Shown: positions 7,534 through 16,753, counted from the first letter of the stretch. The stretch is DNA of 24,000 nt from Selenomonas ruminantium (GCF_015058625.1 NZ_SVCA01000009.1); one strand, 5' to 3'. The notes: generated by a model from the letters alone, not told the origin. Made by a program: numbers and translations.

Positions 7534-9963
7534 GTGGAGTTTGAACAGGGAAAAATTGTCCCCGTCAATCTGGAACACGAGATGAAGAACTGCTACATCG
7601 ACTATGCGATGAGCGTTATCGTGGCTCGTGCCCTGCCGGATGTCCGGGACGGTTTGAAGCCGGTACATCGCCGTATCCTCTACGCCATGCAGGAAGCCGG
7701 CATGGGGTCCGGCAAGCCCTACAAGAAGTCGGCGCGTATCGTCGGCGAAGTTTTGGGTAAATATCACCCCCATGGTGATAGCTCCGTTTATGATGCCATC
7801 GTCCGTATGGCGCAGGATTTCTCCATGCGCTATATGCTGGCTGACGGCCACGGCAACTTCGGTTCTGTCGATGGTGACCCGGCGGCTGCCATGCGTTATA
7901 CGGAAGTCCGTATGTCCAAGATTTCCGAGCTCATGCTGCAGGATATCGACAAGGAAACCGTGGATTTTGTGCCCAACTATGATGAGTCCTTGAAGGAACC
8001 GTCGGTACTGCCGTCAAAGTTCCCGCAGCTGCTCGTCAATGGTACTTCGGGTATCGCCGTAGGTATGGCAACCAATATCCCGCCGCACAATATGCGGGAA
8101 GTCATTGACGGCACGCTGATGCTCATTGACAATCCGGATACGACCATTGAGGAACTCATGACGGCCATCAAGGGGCCGGATTTCCCCACGGCAGGTCTTA
8201 TCCTGGGCAAAGAGGGCATTAAGCAGGCTTATATGACGGGCCGCGGCATCATCAAGATGCGCGCCAATGCCCATATCGAAACCATGAGCAACGGCAAACC
8301 TCGTATCGTGGTTACGGAACTGCCGTATCAGGTCAATAAGGCACGTCTGATTGAAAAAATCGCTCAGCTCGTGCGTGACAAGCAGATTGAGGGCATTACG
8401 GATTTGCGGGATGAGTCTGACCGCAACGGTATGCACATCGTTATTGATTTGCGCCGTGATGCCAACGCCAATGTCATCCTGAACCAGCTCTTCAAGCACA
8501 CGCAGCTGCAGGACAGCTTTGGTGTCATCATGCTGGCACTCGTGGACGGCAAGCCGCAGGTTTTGAACCTCAAGCAGGTGCTCCATTACTACATCAAGCA
8601 TCAGGAAGAGGTCATCACCCGCCGGACGCAGTACGAACTCAAAAAGGCCGAAGCCCGCGCCCATATTTTGGAAGGTTTGACGATTGCACTCGACCATCTG
8701 GATGCCGTCATTACGACCATCCGCGAGAGCCGTACGGCAGATATCGCCAAGGAAGCCCTGATGTCGGGCTTCAAGCTTTCCGATAAGCAGGCACAGGCCA
8801 TCCTCGACCTCCGTCTCCAGCGCCTGACCGGTCTGGAACGCGAAAAGATTGAGGAAGAATATCAGGAAACCTTGAAAGCTATCGAAGAATACAAGGCGAT
8901 TCTGGCGGATGAACAGAAAATCCTGAACATCATCAAGGAAGAACTCACGACGGTGAAGGAAAAGTACGGTGATGACCGCCGCACGAAACTCACCATTGAC
9001 ACTTCGGAAATCGATGTGGAAGACCTCATCGCCGAGGAAGATGTGGTCATTACCCTCACCCATAACAACTACATCAAGCGGATGCCGCTCGACACCTACC
9101 GCCGCCAAAACCGCGGCGGCAAGGGCATCAAGGGCATGGGCACGAAGGAAACGGATTTTGTGGAAAACCTGCTGATTACCACAACCCACCACACCATCCT
9201 GTTCTTTACGACCCGCGGCCGCGTCTACAGCCTCAAGGCTTACGAGATTGCCGAATCCAGCCGCACGGCCAAGGGCACGGCGATTATCAATCTGCTGCAG
9301 CTTGACCAGGGCGAAAAGATTACGGCGGTCATTCAGGTCAAGGGCTTTGACCCGGATAGATACCTCTTTATGGCTACCCGCAAAGGTATTGTGAAGAAAA
9401 CCTCTCTGTCCGAGTTTAGCAACCTGCGCAAGAACGGCCTTAACGCCATCAACCTCGATGATGATGACGACCTCATGGGCGTTAAATTCACCGATGGCGA
9501 AAGCTATCTGATGCTCGGCACGAAGCTCGGCAAGGCCATTGCCTTCTCCGAAGATGATGTGCGTGCTATGGGCCGTATGGCCCGCGGTGTCAAGGGCATT
9601 ACGCTGGCTGATGGCGATGAAGTGGTCGGCATGGATATCCTCGTGCGCAATGCCGAAGTCCTGACCGTTACGGAAGGCGGCTATGGCAAGCGCACCAGCA
9701 CCGAAGAATACCGCGCACAGACCCGCGGCGGCAAGGGCCTCATCAACATGAAGGTAACGGAAAAGACCGGTCAGGTCGTAGGCATCAAGGTGGTTCGTCC
9801 CGAACACGAACTGATGCTCATAACCACCGACGGTATCGTAATCCGCACCAACGTATCCGATATTTCCGTCATCAGCCGTAATACGCAGGGCGTAAAGCTC
9901 ATGACCACGGCAGAAAATGACAAGGTGGCTTCCATGGCTACTCTGGAGCAGAAGGAAGACTAA
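7534..9963 (+). CDS. gyrA: DNA gyrase subunit A (GTG start)
   Basis: [56 protein letters not shown], and C-terminal beta-pinwheel GyrA-box [11 protein letters not shown] gaggtgag. Confidence 0.99.
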   Translation: MEFEQGKIVPVNLEHEMKNCYIDYAMSVIVARALPDVRDGLKPVHRRILYAMQEAGMGSGKPYKKSARIVGEVLGKYHPHGDSSVYDAIVRMAQDFSMRYMLADGHGNFGSVDGDPAAAMRYTEVRMSKISELMLQDIDKETVDFVPNYDESLKEPSVLPSKFPQLLVNGTSGIAVGMATNIPPHNMREVIDGTLMLIDNPDTTIEELMTAIKGPDFPTAGLILGKEGIKQAYMTGRGIIKMRANAHIETMSNGKPRIVVTELPYQVNKARLIEKIAQLVRDKQIEGITDLRDESDRNGMHIVIDLRRDANANVILNQLFKHTQLQDSFGVIMLALVDGKPQVLNLKQVLHYYIKHQEEVITRRTQYELKKAEARAHILEGLTIALDHLDAVITTIRESRTADIAKEALMSGFKLSDKQAQAILDLRLQRLTGLEREKIEEEYQETLKAIEEYKAILADEQKILNIIKEELTTVKEKYGDDRRTKLTIDTSEIDVEDLIAEEDVVITLTHNNYIKRMPLDTYRRQNRGGKGIKGMGTKETDFVENLLITTTHHTILFFTTRGRVYSLKAYEIAESSRTAKGTAIINLLQLDQGEKITAVIQVKGFDPDRYLFMATRKGIVKKTSLSEFSNLRKNGLNAINLDDDDDLMGVKFTDGESYLMLGTKLGKAIAFSEDDVRAMGRMARGVKGITLADGDEVVGMDILVRNAEVLTVTEGGYGKRTSTEEYRAQTRGGKGLINMKVTEKTGQVVGIKVVRPEHELMLITTDGIVIRTNVSDISVISRNTQGVKLMTTAENDKVASMATLEQKED

Positions 9964-9964
9964 A

Positions 9965-10333
9965 ATGAAACCTATTGCGCATATAAGTAAGAAGGTTATT
10001 GATGCATTAGGTTTGGATATTACCGAAAATACACCGATATACTTAGGAAAAAGTAATATTGAACATATGAAACAGAAGCACTCCGCTGATTATGATGAGT
10101 ATGGAGATGTTATAGCTGATATTTTAAATCAGCCGGAATATGTTGGTAAAAATCCTAAGGATGATTCAATAGAGTATGTGCGTGAGTATAAGCGTGATGA
10201 TGACGAATTTGTCAAAGTAGCAGTACGAATTTCATTGAAAGGCCGGTACTATGCACGTTCGTTGTATGTATTAAGTGCTAATCGTGCGCGGAATTTCATA
10301 CGCAAAGGAACATTAAAGGATTTGACAAAGTAG
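9965..10333 (+). CDS. Small protein resembling PBECR (phage Barnase-EndoU-ColicinE5/D-RelE-like) nuclease-fold domains
   Basis: ATG 1 nt after the gyrA stop. PIYLGKSNIEHMKQKHSADYDEYGDVIADILNQPEYVGKNPKDDSIEYVREY...VKVAVRISLKGRYYARSLYVLS matches the general pattern 'H-x-x-x-H ... Y ... il..P.yv ... v.v..k' of the family. Confidence 0.55.
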   Translation: MKPIAHISKKVIDALGLDITENTPIYLGKSNIEHMKQKHSADYDEYGDVIADILNQPEYVGKNPKDDSIEYVREYKRDDDEFVKVAVRISLKGRYYARSLYVLSANRARNFIRKGTLKDLTK

Positions 10334-10350
10334 GTAATATGAACTAAAAT
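10322..10350 (+). promoter_or_regulatory. Promoter of orphan structured RNA
   Basis: TTGACA (10322-10327), 17 nt, TAAAAT (10345-10350), overlapping the end of the preceding ORF. Confidence 0.65.
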
Positions 10351-10356
10351 TGTATA

Positions 10357-10484
10357 TAAGAAGAGAAGCAGAGGACGGAACGGGCAGCCGTCGCCGGAAG
10401 GGGAAACCCTGATTAGGAGATGCGGGAATGTCACCCCGCCTATTCTCGAATTCGGATAGGAGTCGCTTAGCGGCTCCTATTTTT
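10357..10484 (+). ncRNA. Candidate intergenic structured sRNA (~125 nt), unidentified class
   Basis: Own promoter, hairpins gacgg/ccgtc, aggg-GAAA-ccct (GNRA-type loop) and gaga-gcggg/cccgc-tctc, then terminator ataggagtcgc-tta-gcggctcctat-tttt. Confidence 0.6.
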
Positions 10485-10500
10485 ATGAAAGCAAATATAG

Positions 10501-10551
10501 AAAATGCCGATAAAAACAACAATACAATGCTGTTGTTTTTATCGGCATTTT
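10501..10551. terminator. Bidirectional terminator
   Basis: 21-bp perfect stem aaaatgccgataaaaacaaca / tgttgtttttatcggcatttt. Confidence 0.85.
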
Positions 10552-10557
10552 TGTACT

Positions 10558-11790
10558 TTACTTTTTCAACAGTTCTCTTGTATGTTCTGCCACCATTTCC
10601 GGGGTCATATTGCGGTTTCTGGCTACGCCGGTCTTACGGGCGGCCTTTGCAACGGCTGCGGCAACTGTTGGGGCTACTTCGGGATTGAAGGGGCTCGCTA
10701 TAATATGGTCTTCGTCCAGTTCCTCCGGTTTAATCAGGGAGGCAATGGCCTTGGCTGCGGCCATCTTCATTTCCTCATTGATGGTGCTGGCCTGTACGTC
10801 CAGAGCGCCGCGGAAGATGCCGGGGAAGGCCAGGAGGTTATTGACCTGATTGGGGAAGTCGGAGCGGCCCGTGCAGACGATTCTTGCTCCGGCTTTTTTG
10901 GCCAGCTGGGGCAGGATTTCCGGTTCAGGATTGGCCATGCCCATGACGATGGCATTGGGGGCCATGGTACGCACCATATCCTGCGTGACACAGCCTGCTA
11001 CGGATACGCCGATAAATACATCCGCTTTGCGGATGACGGCGTTCAGCGGGCCTGCCTCGTGGCTGGGATTGGTAATCCTGGCAATATCGTCCTTGTAGGG
11101 GTTCATGCCGTTGGGACGGCCTTCATAGATGGCACCGCGGGAGTCGCAGAGGATGATATTGCGGCCGCCGGCACTGTGAATCAGCCGCGTAATGGCCTGT
11201 CCGGCAGCTCCGGCACCATTGACCACGAATTTAGCCGTGGCAAAGTCCTTGCCCACAATCTTGAAGGCATTAATCAAAGCGGAAACCACCACAATGGCAG
11301 TACCATGCTGGTCATCATGGAATACGGGGATGTCTAAGGTCTTTTTCAGTTCCCGTTCAATATCAAAGCACTGGGGGGCCTTGATGTCCTCCAGATTGAT
11401 GCCGCCAAAAGATGGCGCCATGAGTTGTACGGCCTTGATGACCTCCAGAGGCTCTTGCGTGTCCAAACCGATAGGCACGGCATCTACGCCTGCAAAGCCC
11501 TTAAAGAGGATGGCCTTGCCCTCCATTACAGGCATACCCGCCTGTGCGCCGATATTGCCTAAGCCCAGCACAGCCGTACCGTTGGTGACCACCGCCACCA
11601 TATTGCCTTTGCTGGTATAGTCATAGGCCTTTCGCTTGTCCTCCTTGATGGCAAGACAGGGGGCGGCCACGCCGGGAGTATAGGCCAGCGTCAAATCTTC
11701 GGCACTGGTCAATGGCACTTTGCTGGCAACTGCCAGCTTGCCCTGATGGTCTTTATGCAGCTGCAAAGCCTGTTCATTTACATTGCTCAT
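10558..11790 (-). CDS. Malic enzyme (NAD(P)-dependent, malate dehydrogenase, oxaloacetate-decarboxylating)
   Basis: YTPGVAAPCLAI, TNGTAVLGLGNIGAQAGMPVMEGKAILFK, FHDDQHGTAIV, NGAGAAGQA, SDFPNQVNN. Confidence 0.95.
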   Translation of the reverse strand: MSNVNEQALQLHKDHQGKLAVASKVPLTSAEDLTLAYTPGVAAPCLAIKEDKRKAYDYTSKGNMVAVVTNGTAVLGLGNIGAQAGMPVMEGKAILFKGFAGVDAVPIGLDTQEPLEVIKAVQLMAPSFGGINLEDIKAPQCFDIERELKKTLDIPVFHDDQHGTAIVVVSALINAFKIVGKDFATAKFVVNGAGAAGQAITRLIHSAGGRNIILCDSRGAIYEGRPNGMNPYKDDIARITNPSHEAGPLNAVIRKADVFIGVSVAGCVTQDMVRTMAPNAIVMGMANPEPEILPQLAKKAGARIVCTGRSDFPNQVNNLLAFPGIFRGALDVQASTINEEMKMAAAKAIASLIKPEELDEDHIIASPFNPEVAPTVAAAVAKAARKTGVARNRNMTPEMVAEHTRELLKK

Positions 11791-12004
11791 ATATCATTCA
11801 AACTTCCTTTCTGATGATGGTCTATATTTTAGCTCTATGGTCAAGCTAAGTCTGTGTGTTATGTTACAGTTTACAGTCTCGTGGATATTAGTTAATAAAA
11901 TCCATAAAACTGTAATATATTTCATTATAACCAGATTTGTAGAAAAAACAAATATCAAATATTGATTGATACAATAGTTATATTTTATAAACAAAATATG
12001 AAAA

Positions 12005-12044
12005 AATCCCCGTATAACTTTTAGTAAAGTTATACGGGGATTTG
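12005..12044 (-). terminator. Terminator of LCP gene
   Basis: 18-bp perfect stem aaatccccgtataacttt / aaagttatacggggattt, with a T-run on the minus strand. Confidence 0.85.
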
Positions 12045-12067
12045 AAGTACGAACTTAGCTTATGAAG

Positions 12068-13327
12068 TTAACGGGTTTTGCTTACCCCTGCGCTGGGGGT
12101 CGGTACGGAGGAATCGCCATTACTATTATCGGTGCTGGGAGCACTTTGACGGCGGTCGGAGCGGGAAGTTTCTTCACGGTTGCCCCGTTCTTCGCTGTTG
12201 CGGGTGCGTTCCTCCCGGTCTATATTTTTGTCTTCGCTGCGTTTATTCTTATCGGCTTTTTCCTCCCGGCGGCGGTTCTTGCTGCTGTCAGAAGGTCTGG
12301 CTTTGCCAATGGAGGTATCGCTGGCAGGAACTTCGCTGGCACTGGCCGGAATACTGTTCTCATACTCGCGGATATCGGCTTCCATCTTGGTCTTGTACTT
12401 GCCGCTGAGGGATACGCCCAAGGTATCCGCTACCGTCATGCGGAGTTTGTTGAGGTTGGGAATCCAATAGCTGACGCCATCGATATAGAGCGGTTTGCCT
12501 GGCACCATATCGGTCTTGAGGCCGTTTTCTTTGGACTGCTTCAAGGTACCGGCAAATTCCAGCAGCTGGCGGAAGGTCAAATCCGTCTGGATGGAATCCA
12601 TGACTTCCTTGATAACGGAAGGCAGTTTTGGAATAATGGCCGGGGAAACAATCTTATCCATGCAGGCGCGCATAAAATCCTGCTGGCGGCGGATACGGCC
12701 CAAATCCCCTTCTTCGTCACGATAGCGCACATAGGTTACGGCTTTTGCGCCGTCCATATGCTGCATACCCGGCTGGAAGTCGATGATAAGACCGCCGTCA
12801 TCATCCCAAGGGTCTTCGTAGTGCATGCGTTTAGGCACATCAATATCAATGCCACCAATGGCATCAATAATTTTCTTAAATGACTTGGTATTAATGATGA
12901 TGTAATGGTCAATATTTACGCCGAGCAGATTCTCTACTGTGTCCTGAGAGAGCTTTTCCTTGCCATAGGCATAGGCGGCGTTGACCTTGTCAAAGCCATG
13001 TCCTTTGATTTTTACACGGGTATCGCGGGGCACGGAGAGCAGCGAAGCCTGATTGGTCTTGGGGTCGATGGAGGCAATCATCAGTGTGTCGCTGCGGCCT
13101 ACATCATCGTCACGTTCGTCCACACCCATAATCATAATGGTGGCCTTGTCTTTGGCGGTAATCAGTTCTTCACTCTGTTTCTTTTCCACAGGTTTTTCCA
13201 GCAGACTGTTGCTGGCGTAGTAAGCACCAGCCAAAGCTGCGGAGATAAACACCAGTACCATCAGCACCCAAGGCCAGATACGGCGTTTCTTCTTTGCCTT
13301 GCGAGGAGGAATATTGGAAGTTTGCAA
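12068..13327 (-). CDS. LytR-CpsA-Psr (LCP) family protein with charged low-complexity C-terminal tail
   Basis: N-terminal TM, DKATIMIMGVDERDDDVGRSDTLMIASIDP, LLSVPRDTRVKI, INAAYAYGKE, GVNIDHYIIINTKSF, DADKAVTYVRYRDEEGDLGRIRRQQ. Confidence 0.93.
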   Translation of the reverse strand: MQTSNIPPRKAKKKRRIWPWVLMVLVFISAALAGAYYASNSLLEKPVEKKQSEELITAKDKATIMIMGVDERDDDVGRSDTLMIASIDPKTNQASLLSVPRDTRVKIKGHGFDKVNAAYAYGKEKLSQDTVENLLGVNIDHYIIINTKSFKKIIDAIGGIDIDVPKRMHYEDPWDDDGGLIIDFQPGMQHMDGAKAVTYVRYRDEEGDLGRIRRQQDFMRACMDKIVSPAIIPKLPSVIKEVMDSIQTDLTFRQLLEFAGTLKQSKENGLKTDMVPGKPLYIDGVSYWIPNLNKLRMTVADTLGVSLSGKYKTKMEADIREYENSIPASASEVPASDTSIGKARPSDSSKNRRREEKADKNKRSEDKNIDREERTRNSEERGNREETSRSDRRQSAPSTDNSNGDSSVPTPSAGVSKTR

Positions 13328-13483
13328 AAATCATACCTTCTTTTCTTCAAAATTGTTATGGATTCTTACTCATTGTAACACATGTTTATTATAAACTAAT
13401 TAAGTATAACAAACAAATCTGAAAAAAGCGAGGGTTCAGTGGAAAAAATGTTACAATATAGAGAGTAAAGGAGGCTGAGGTTC

Positions 13484-13948
13484 ATGGCAAAGGAAATTGA
13501 ACGGAAATTTTTGGTGAAAGACAGCTGGCAGCCGCAAAGTGAAGGCATAAAAATCGCTCAGGGTTATCTGTCTACGGTGCCGGAGCGTACGGTGCGGGTG
13601 CGGATAAAGGGAAATAGGGGTTATCTGACCATCAAGGGGAAGAATCAGGGCATCAGCCGGGCGGAGTTTGAATACGAAATTCCCCGGCAGGATGCAGAGG
13701 AAATGCTGCAGCTGGCCGAACAGCCCATTCTCGTCAAGACCCGCTATTTGGAACAGCAGGGAGAATTCACTTGGGAAGTGGATGTTTTCGCGGGCGAAAA
13801 TCAGGGGCTGGTAGTGGCAGAAATCGAACTGCCGGCAGAGGATGCGGAGTTTTCGCGTCCGGCCTGGCTGGGACAGGAAGTATCCGGTGATGTCCGTTAC
13901 TACAATGCAAACTTAATAAAATGCCCATTTTCCCTGTGGAAAAAGTAG
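13484..13948 (+). CDS. CYTH domain / triphosphate tunnel metalloenzyme family protein
   Basis: MAKEIERKFLV N-terminus, RVRIKGNRGYLTIKG, FEYEIP, WEVDVFAGENQGLVVAEIELP. Confidence 0.92.
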   Translation: MAKEIERKFLVKDSWQPQSEGIKIAQGYLSTVPERTVRVRIKGNRGYLTIKGKNQGISRAEFEYEIPRQDAEEMLQLAEQPILVKTRYLEQQGEFTWEVDVFAGENQGLVVAEIELPAEDAEFSRPAWLGQEVSGDVRYYNANLIKCPFSLWKK

Positions 13949-14211
13949 GATTTTGTAACATTATGAGGAGACTTCGGGATATCCACAAGATTTATGCATA
14001 AATCTGGGGATAAAAGTACAAAATGTAGTTGATAAGCGTTTGTCAAGATGAAAATATAGGGTTATCCACGGATTTATCCACATTATCCACAGATTTTGCC
14101 TAGATGGGCATAGACAATATTCACATGATGCTTATATATTATAGAAGGAAAATGCAAAAAAACGGGGAGAAGTTCATACTTATCCACACCTGTGGATTAT
14201 TATGTGGATAA
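13930..14211. other. DnaA-box cluster, candidate oriC or DnaA-binding locus
   Basis: Perfect TTATCCACA at 14074-14082, 14083-14091 and 14180-14188, and reverse TGTGGATAA at 14203-14211. One-mismatch boxes at 13935-13943 (rev), 13979-13987, 14005-14013 (rev), 14062-14070 and 14191-14199 (rev). Confidence 0.65.
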
Positions 14212-14319
14212 AATGTTCCCTTCTTTGACGGGATTCACATGGACAGGCAGGATTTTTTTTGCTGAAGGCGAATTCATAAGAGAATAGGCATGATTAGTGG
14301 AAGAAAGAGGTGAGAAGTC

Positions 14320-15000
14320 ATGCTGTCGGAATGGGAGTTGTTTCTGAGGCTGGTTCTCTCCTGTATATTGGGCGGTATCATTGGTTACGAGCGGCAGTCC
14401 CGCAGAAAATCGGCGGGTCTGCGTACCAATGTGCTGGTATGTCTTGGTTCCTGCTTGATTATGGTCATGTCCATCGGCCTGTATCAGGATGTTGAGGGCA
14501 AGACCAATGCTGACCCGGCGAGACTAGCGGCACAGGTGGTCAGCGGCATTGGTTTTTTAGGTGCCGGTGCCATCATGAAGGAGGGGCTGTCCGTTACGGG
14601 CCTGACTACTGCCGCTTGCCTTTGGGTGGTGGCTGGTGTTGGCTTAGCGGTAGGTGCTGGCTTTTATACCGGGGCGCTCATTAGTACCGGTCTGGTCTTT
14701 GTGACCTTGGGCAGTTTGTCCCGTTTGGACGACTGGGTGGACCATGAGAAGAATCTTTCGCTCAATATCCATACGGTGGACAGGCCTGGGCAGCTTATGC
14801 GCATCAGCCGCTGTCTGGAGGACTTACAGCTGCGGGTCAGAGGCGTAAAGGTTAAGGCCGATGAGGACGAAATGGAAGAGGGCGGCGAGCGCTCGATGTA
14901 TATTGATTTGGAAATTTTCAACAAGCAGAGTATCAAGAGTATCATCATTGTCGATGCCGTGCGGCAGATAGACGGTGTTATCCGGGTGGATGTGGTCTAA
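14320..15000 (+). CDS. MgtC/SapB family membrane protein
   Basis: LRLVLSCILGGIIGYERQSRRKSAGLRTNVLVCLGSCLIM and GIGFLGAGAIMKEGLSVTGLTTAACLWVVAGVGLAVGAG. Confidence 0.93.
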   Translation: MLSEWELFLRLVLSCILGGIIGYERQSRRKSAGLRTNVLVCLGSCLIMVMSIGLYQDVEGKTNADPARLAAQVVSGIGFLGAGAIMKEGLSVTGLTTAACLWVVAGVGLAVGAGFYTGALISTGLVFVTLGSLSRLDDWVDHEKNLSLNIHTVDRPGQLMRISRCLEDLQLRVRGVKVKADEDEMEEGGERSMYIDLEIFNKQSIKSIIIVDAVRQIDGVIRVDVV

Positions 15001-15088
15001 GAAAAATTTTATTTCGCGCAAGGATTTTGCTCTTGCATGGGGAATAGTAGAAGTAGGTAGTAGTGGCTAGAAAAGGAGTGAACCAAAT

Positions 15089-15508
15089 ATGAATCCGGAA
15101 ATTGTGGATACTATGGTGCGGGCGGCTATGCAGGTCATGGATAACGCTTATGTACCTTATGGAAAGGCAGCTATTGGCGCTTGCGTGTTGGCCAGTGATG
15201 GCACCTTTTATACAGGATGTAATATCGAAAACGCCGTACCCCGGCTCTCCGTCTTTGCGGAGGAAGTGGCTATGTACCGGGCGGTAGCAGATGGCAAGCG
15301 GGAATTTGACGCCATTGCCGTGATTGCTGATACGGATGAGCCCTTTGTTCCCAATGGTGCCGTATGTCAGCTGTTGGCAGAGTTCAACGTGGAAGAAATC
15401 ATCATGACCAATATGGACGGCGTGGTGAAGACCGCGAAGCTCACCGATTTGATGCCGTATGCCAGAGCACCGCTGGATAATGCTCTGCGCCCTGCAGAAG
15501 AAGATTAA
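15089..15508 (+). CDS. cdd: Cytidine deaminase
   Basis: YVPYGKAAIGACVLASDGTFYTGCNIENA and VFAEEVAMYRAVADG. The usual PCG.CRQ is replaced by PNGAVCQLLAEF. Confidence 0.88.
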   Translation: MNPEIVDTMVRAAMQVMDNAYVPYGKAAIGACVLASDGTFYTGCNIENAVPRLSVFAEEVAMYRAVADGKREFDAIAVIADTDEPFVPNGAVCQLLAEFNVEEIIMTNMDGVVKTAKLTDLMPYARAPLDNALRPAEED

Positions 15509-15519
15509 AACGCTAAAGT

Positions 15520-15564
15520 AATGCCCCCTTTCTTTCGATATATAGAGAGAAAGGGGGCATTTTT
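15520..15564 (+). terminator. cdd terminator whose 3' arm overlaps the SD of the next ORF
   Basis: aatgccccctttct / agaaagggggcatt 14-bp stem plus a T-run, with ATG of the next ORF immediately following at 15565. Confidence 0.7.
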
Positions 15565-16038
15565 ATGTCGCAGATGTCAATGGAAACGTTACTGGCCCTG
15601 CAGAATCTGGCGGCCAAAACATATAAGAGCAAGGAAAATAAACTGGAAACGAAAACGGGGGATGGCGAAAGCTATCAGGATATTTGGGCGAAGGTCAAAA
15701 AGGAGCAGGAAGAATGGGATAAGACTCTCAATGAATACGATTTGACGAAGTACAAGCTGGGGCTTATGGACAGCTTCTGGTCGGATAGCCGCAAAAAGAC
15801 ACAGGATTATATGTACAGCTACTATAAACGCCAGCAGCGGGCCATTAATCAGCAGTCGATTAATGAAATCGCCCAGAACATTGCCTGGCTTAATCAGCTG
15901 AACAACAGCGGGCTATTAAATGGTAGTATCGACACCGAAGCGGCGCAGGCTACCGGCAAAGCACTGAAAAGCGCCCTGCAGACTACGGTGCTGGCAAGCA
16001 TAAGGAACTTTCAGGTCAATTCGTTTTTGGGGATATAA
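15565..16038 (+). CDS. Hypothetical helical protein, no recognised family
   Basis: Open frame MSQMSMETLLALQNLAAKTYKSKENKLETK...; apparent SD aaaggggg. Confidence 0.6.
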   Translation: MSQMSMETLLALQNLAAKTYKSKENKLETKTGDGESYQDIWAKVKKEQEEWDKTLNEYDLTKYKLGLMDSFWSDSRKKTQDYMYSYYKRQQRAINQQSINEIAQNIAWLNQLNNSGLLNGSIDTEAAQATGKALKSALQTTVLASIRNFQVNSFLGI

Positions 16039-16104
16039 GCAAAAAGAGATTGTGAAATTGCTGTTTGCCAATACGTGCTAAATTTTTTTGTTACAGCTCA
16101 GTTT

Positions 16105-16300
16105 GGGCGGAGGTGGTAATACTTTTCGCCGTTGCACTGAATGACCCACAAGTAAGTGTATGGGCTTTTTAGTTACCTGCGCCGGGCAAGACCGGCGGCG
16201 CGTATGTTCAACTCAACTTCTAGGAACTTTTTGTTTGTGGGCCAGTCCTCACTGCGTTCGGACAGTCGTTCCACGGCGAAAAGCATCACCACCTCCGCCC
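16105..16300. repeat. Imperfect palindromic MITE-like unit 1
   Basis: Terminal inverted arms of 28 nt, 26 of 28 paired: gggcggaggtggtaatacttttcgccgt / acggcgaaaagcatcaccacctccgccc. Confidence 0.7.
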
Positions 16301-16399
16301 TAAGCGATGTCCGTATAAGATGGCATTTCGCGGTGACAAGCAGCAAGTACATCGATGTTCTTGTTGCGGGAGCAACGAGTTCGTGGCAATAGTATAGGC

Positions 16400-16611
16400 C
16401 GTAACTTGGGTCGGACGGGGGAGTGATTTTTCTGTAGGGAGCGACTGCCTGAACGCAGTGAAGGCCGGCCCCTGCGGAAATCAGCTAAGCAAATACGCTG
16501 AAAGCAGCGCCGTTGGCCTGCCCGGCGCGAGTAACTGGACAGCTCTACTTAACGAAGGGGTCGTTTAGCGGAAAACAGAAAAATTACTCCCCCGTCTGGC
16601 CCCAAACTACG
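16400..16611. repeat. Imperfect palindromic MITE-like unit 2, inverted relative to unit 1
   Basis: Terminal inverted arms of 28 nt, 25 of 28 paired: gggtcggacgggggagtgatttttctgt / acagaaaaattactcccccgtctggccc. Its interior shares inverted segments with unit 1. Confidence 0.7.
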
Positions 16612-16662
16612 TATGAACAAGATACCTTTACCACGAACTTCCCAACAAACTGCAATTTGCCA

Positions 16663-16697
16663 AAAGTGCGTTGACAACTTTTATGTCAACGCACTTT
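16663..16697 (-). terminator. Terminator-like hairpin after NCS2 permease gene
   Basis: 14-bp perfect stem aaagtgcgttgaca / tgtcaacgcacttt with a short minus-strand T-run. Confidence 0.6.
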
Positions 16698-16753
16698 CTG
16701 GCTGTTAAGGGGACTTTAATCCCCTGTATGTGTAGATGTCTGATATAGCTTTA

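Noticed and set aside
8014-9807. 597-aa minus-strand ORF antisense to gyrA
   Set aside because: It lies entirely within gyrA. It is a shadow ORF from codon bias in GC-rich wobble positions, with no RBS and no recognisable domain.
10357-10484. SRP/4.5S RNA or glutamine riboswitch identity for the orphan RNA
   Set aside because: It contains CCGGAAGG and GGACGGAA fragments, but lacks the conserved GGUCAGG...GCAGCC SRP core and has no downstream gene for a riboswitch.
10504-11337. 277-aa plus-strand ORF antisense to the malic enzyme gene
   Set aside because: It starts in the bidirectional terminator and is a shadow of a well-supported malic enzyme. No domain is recognised.
12062-12883. 273-aa plus-strand ORF antisense to the LCP gene (hydrophobic, membrane-like)
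   Set aside because: Apparent hydrophobicity comes from the reverse complement of the charged LCP tail. No RBS or family motif was seen.
16156-16392. 78-aa ORF in the palindromic region
   Set aside because: It is read-through of the palindromic repeat unit, with no start context.
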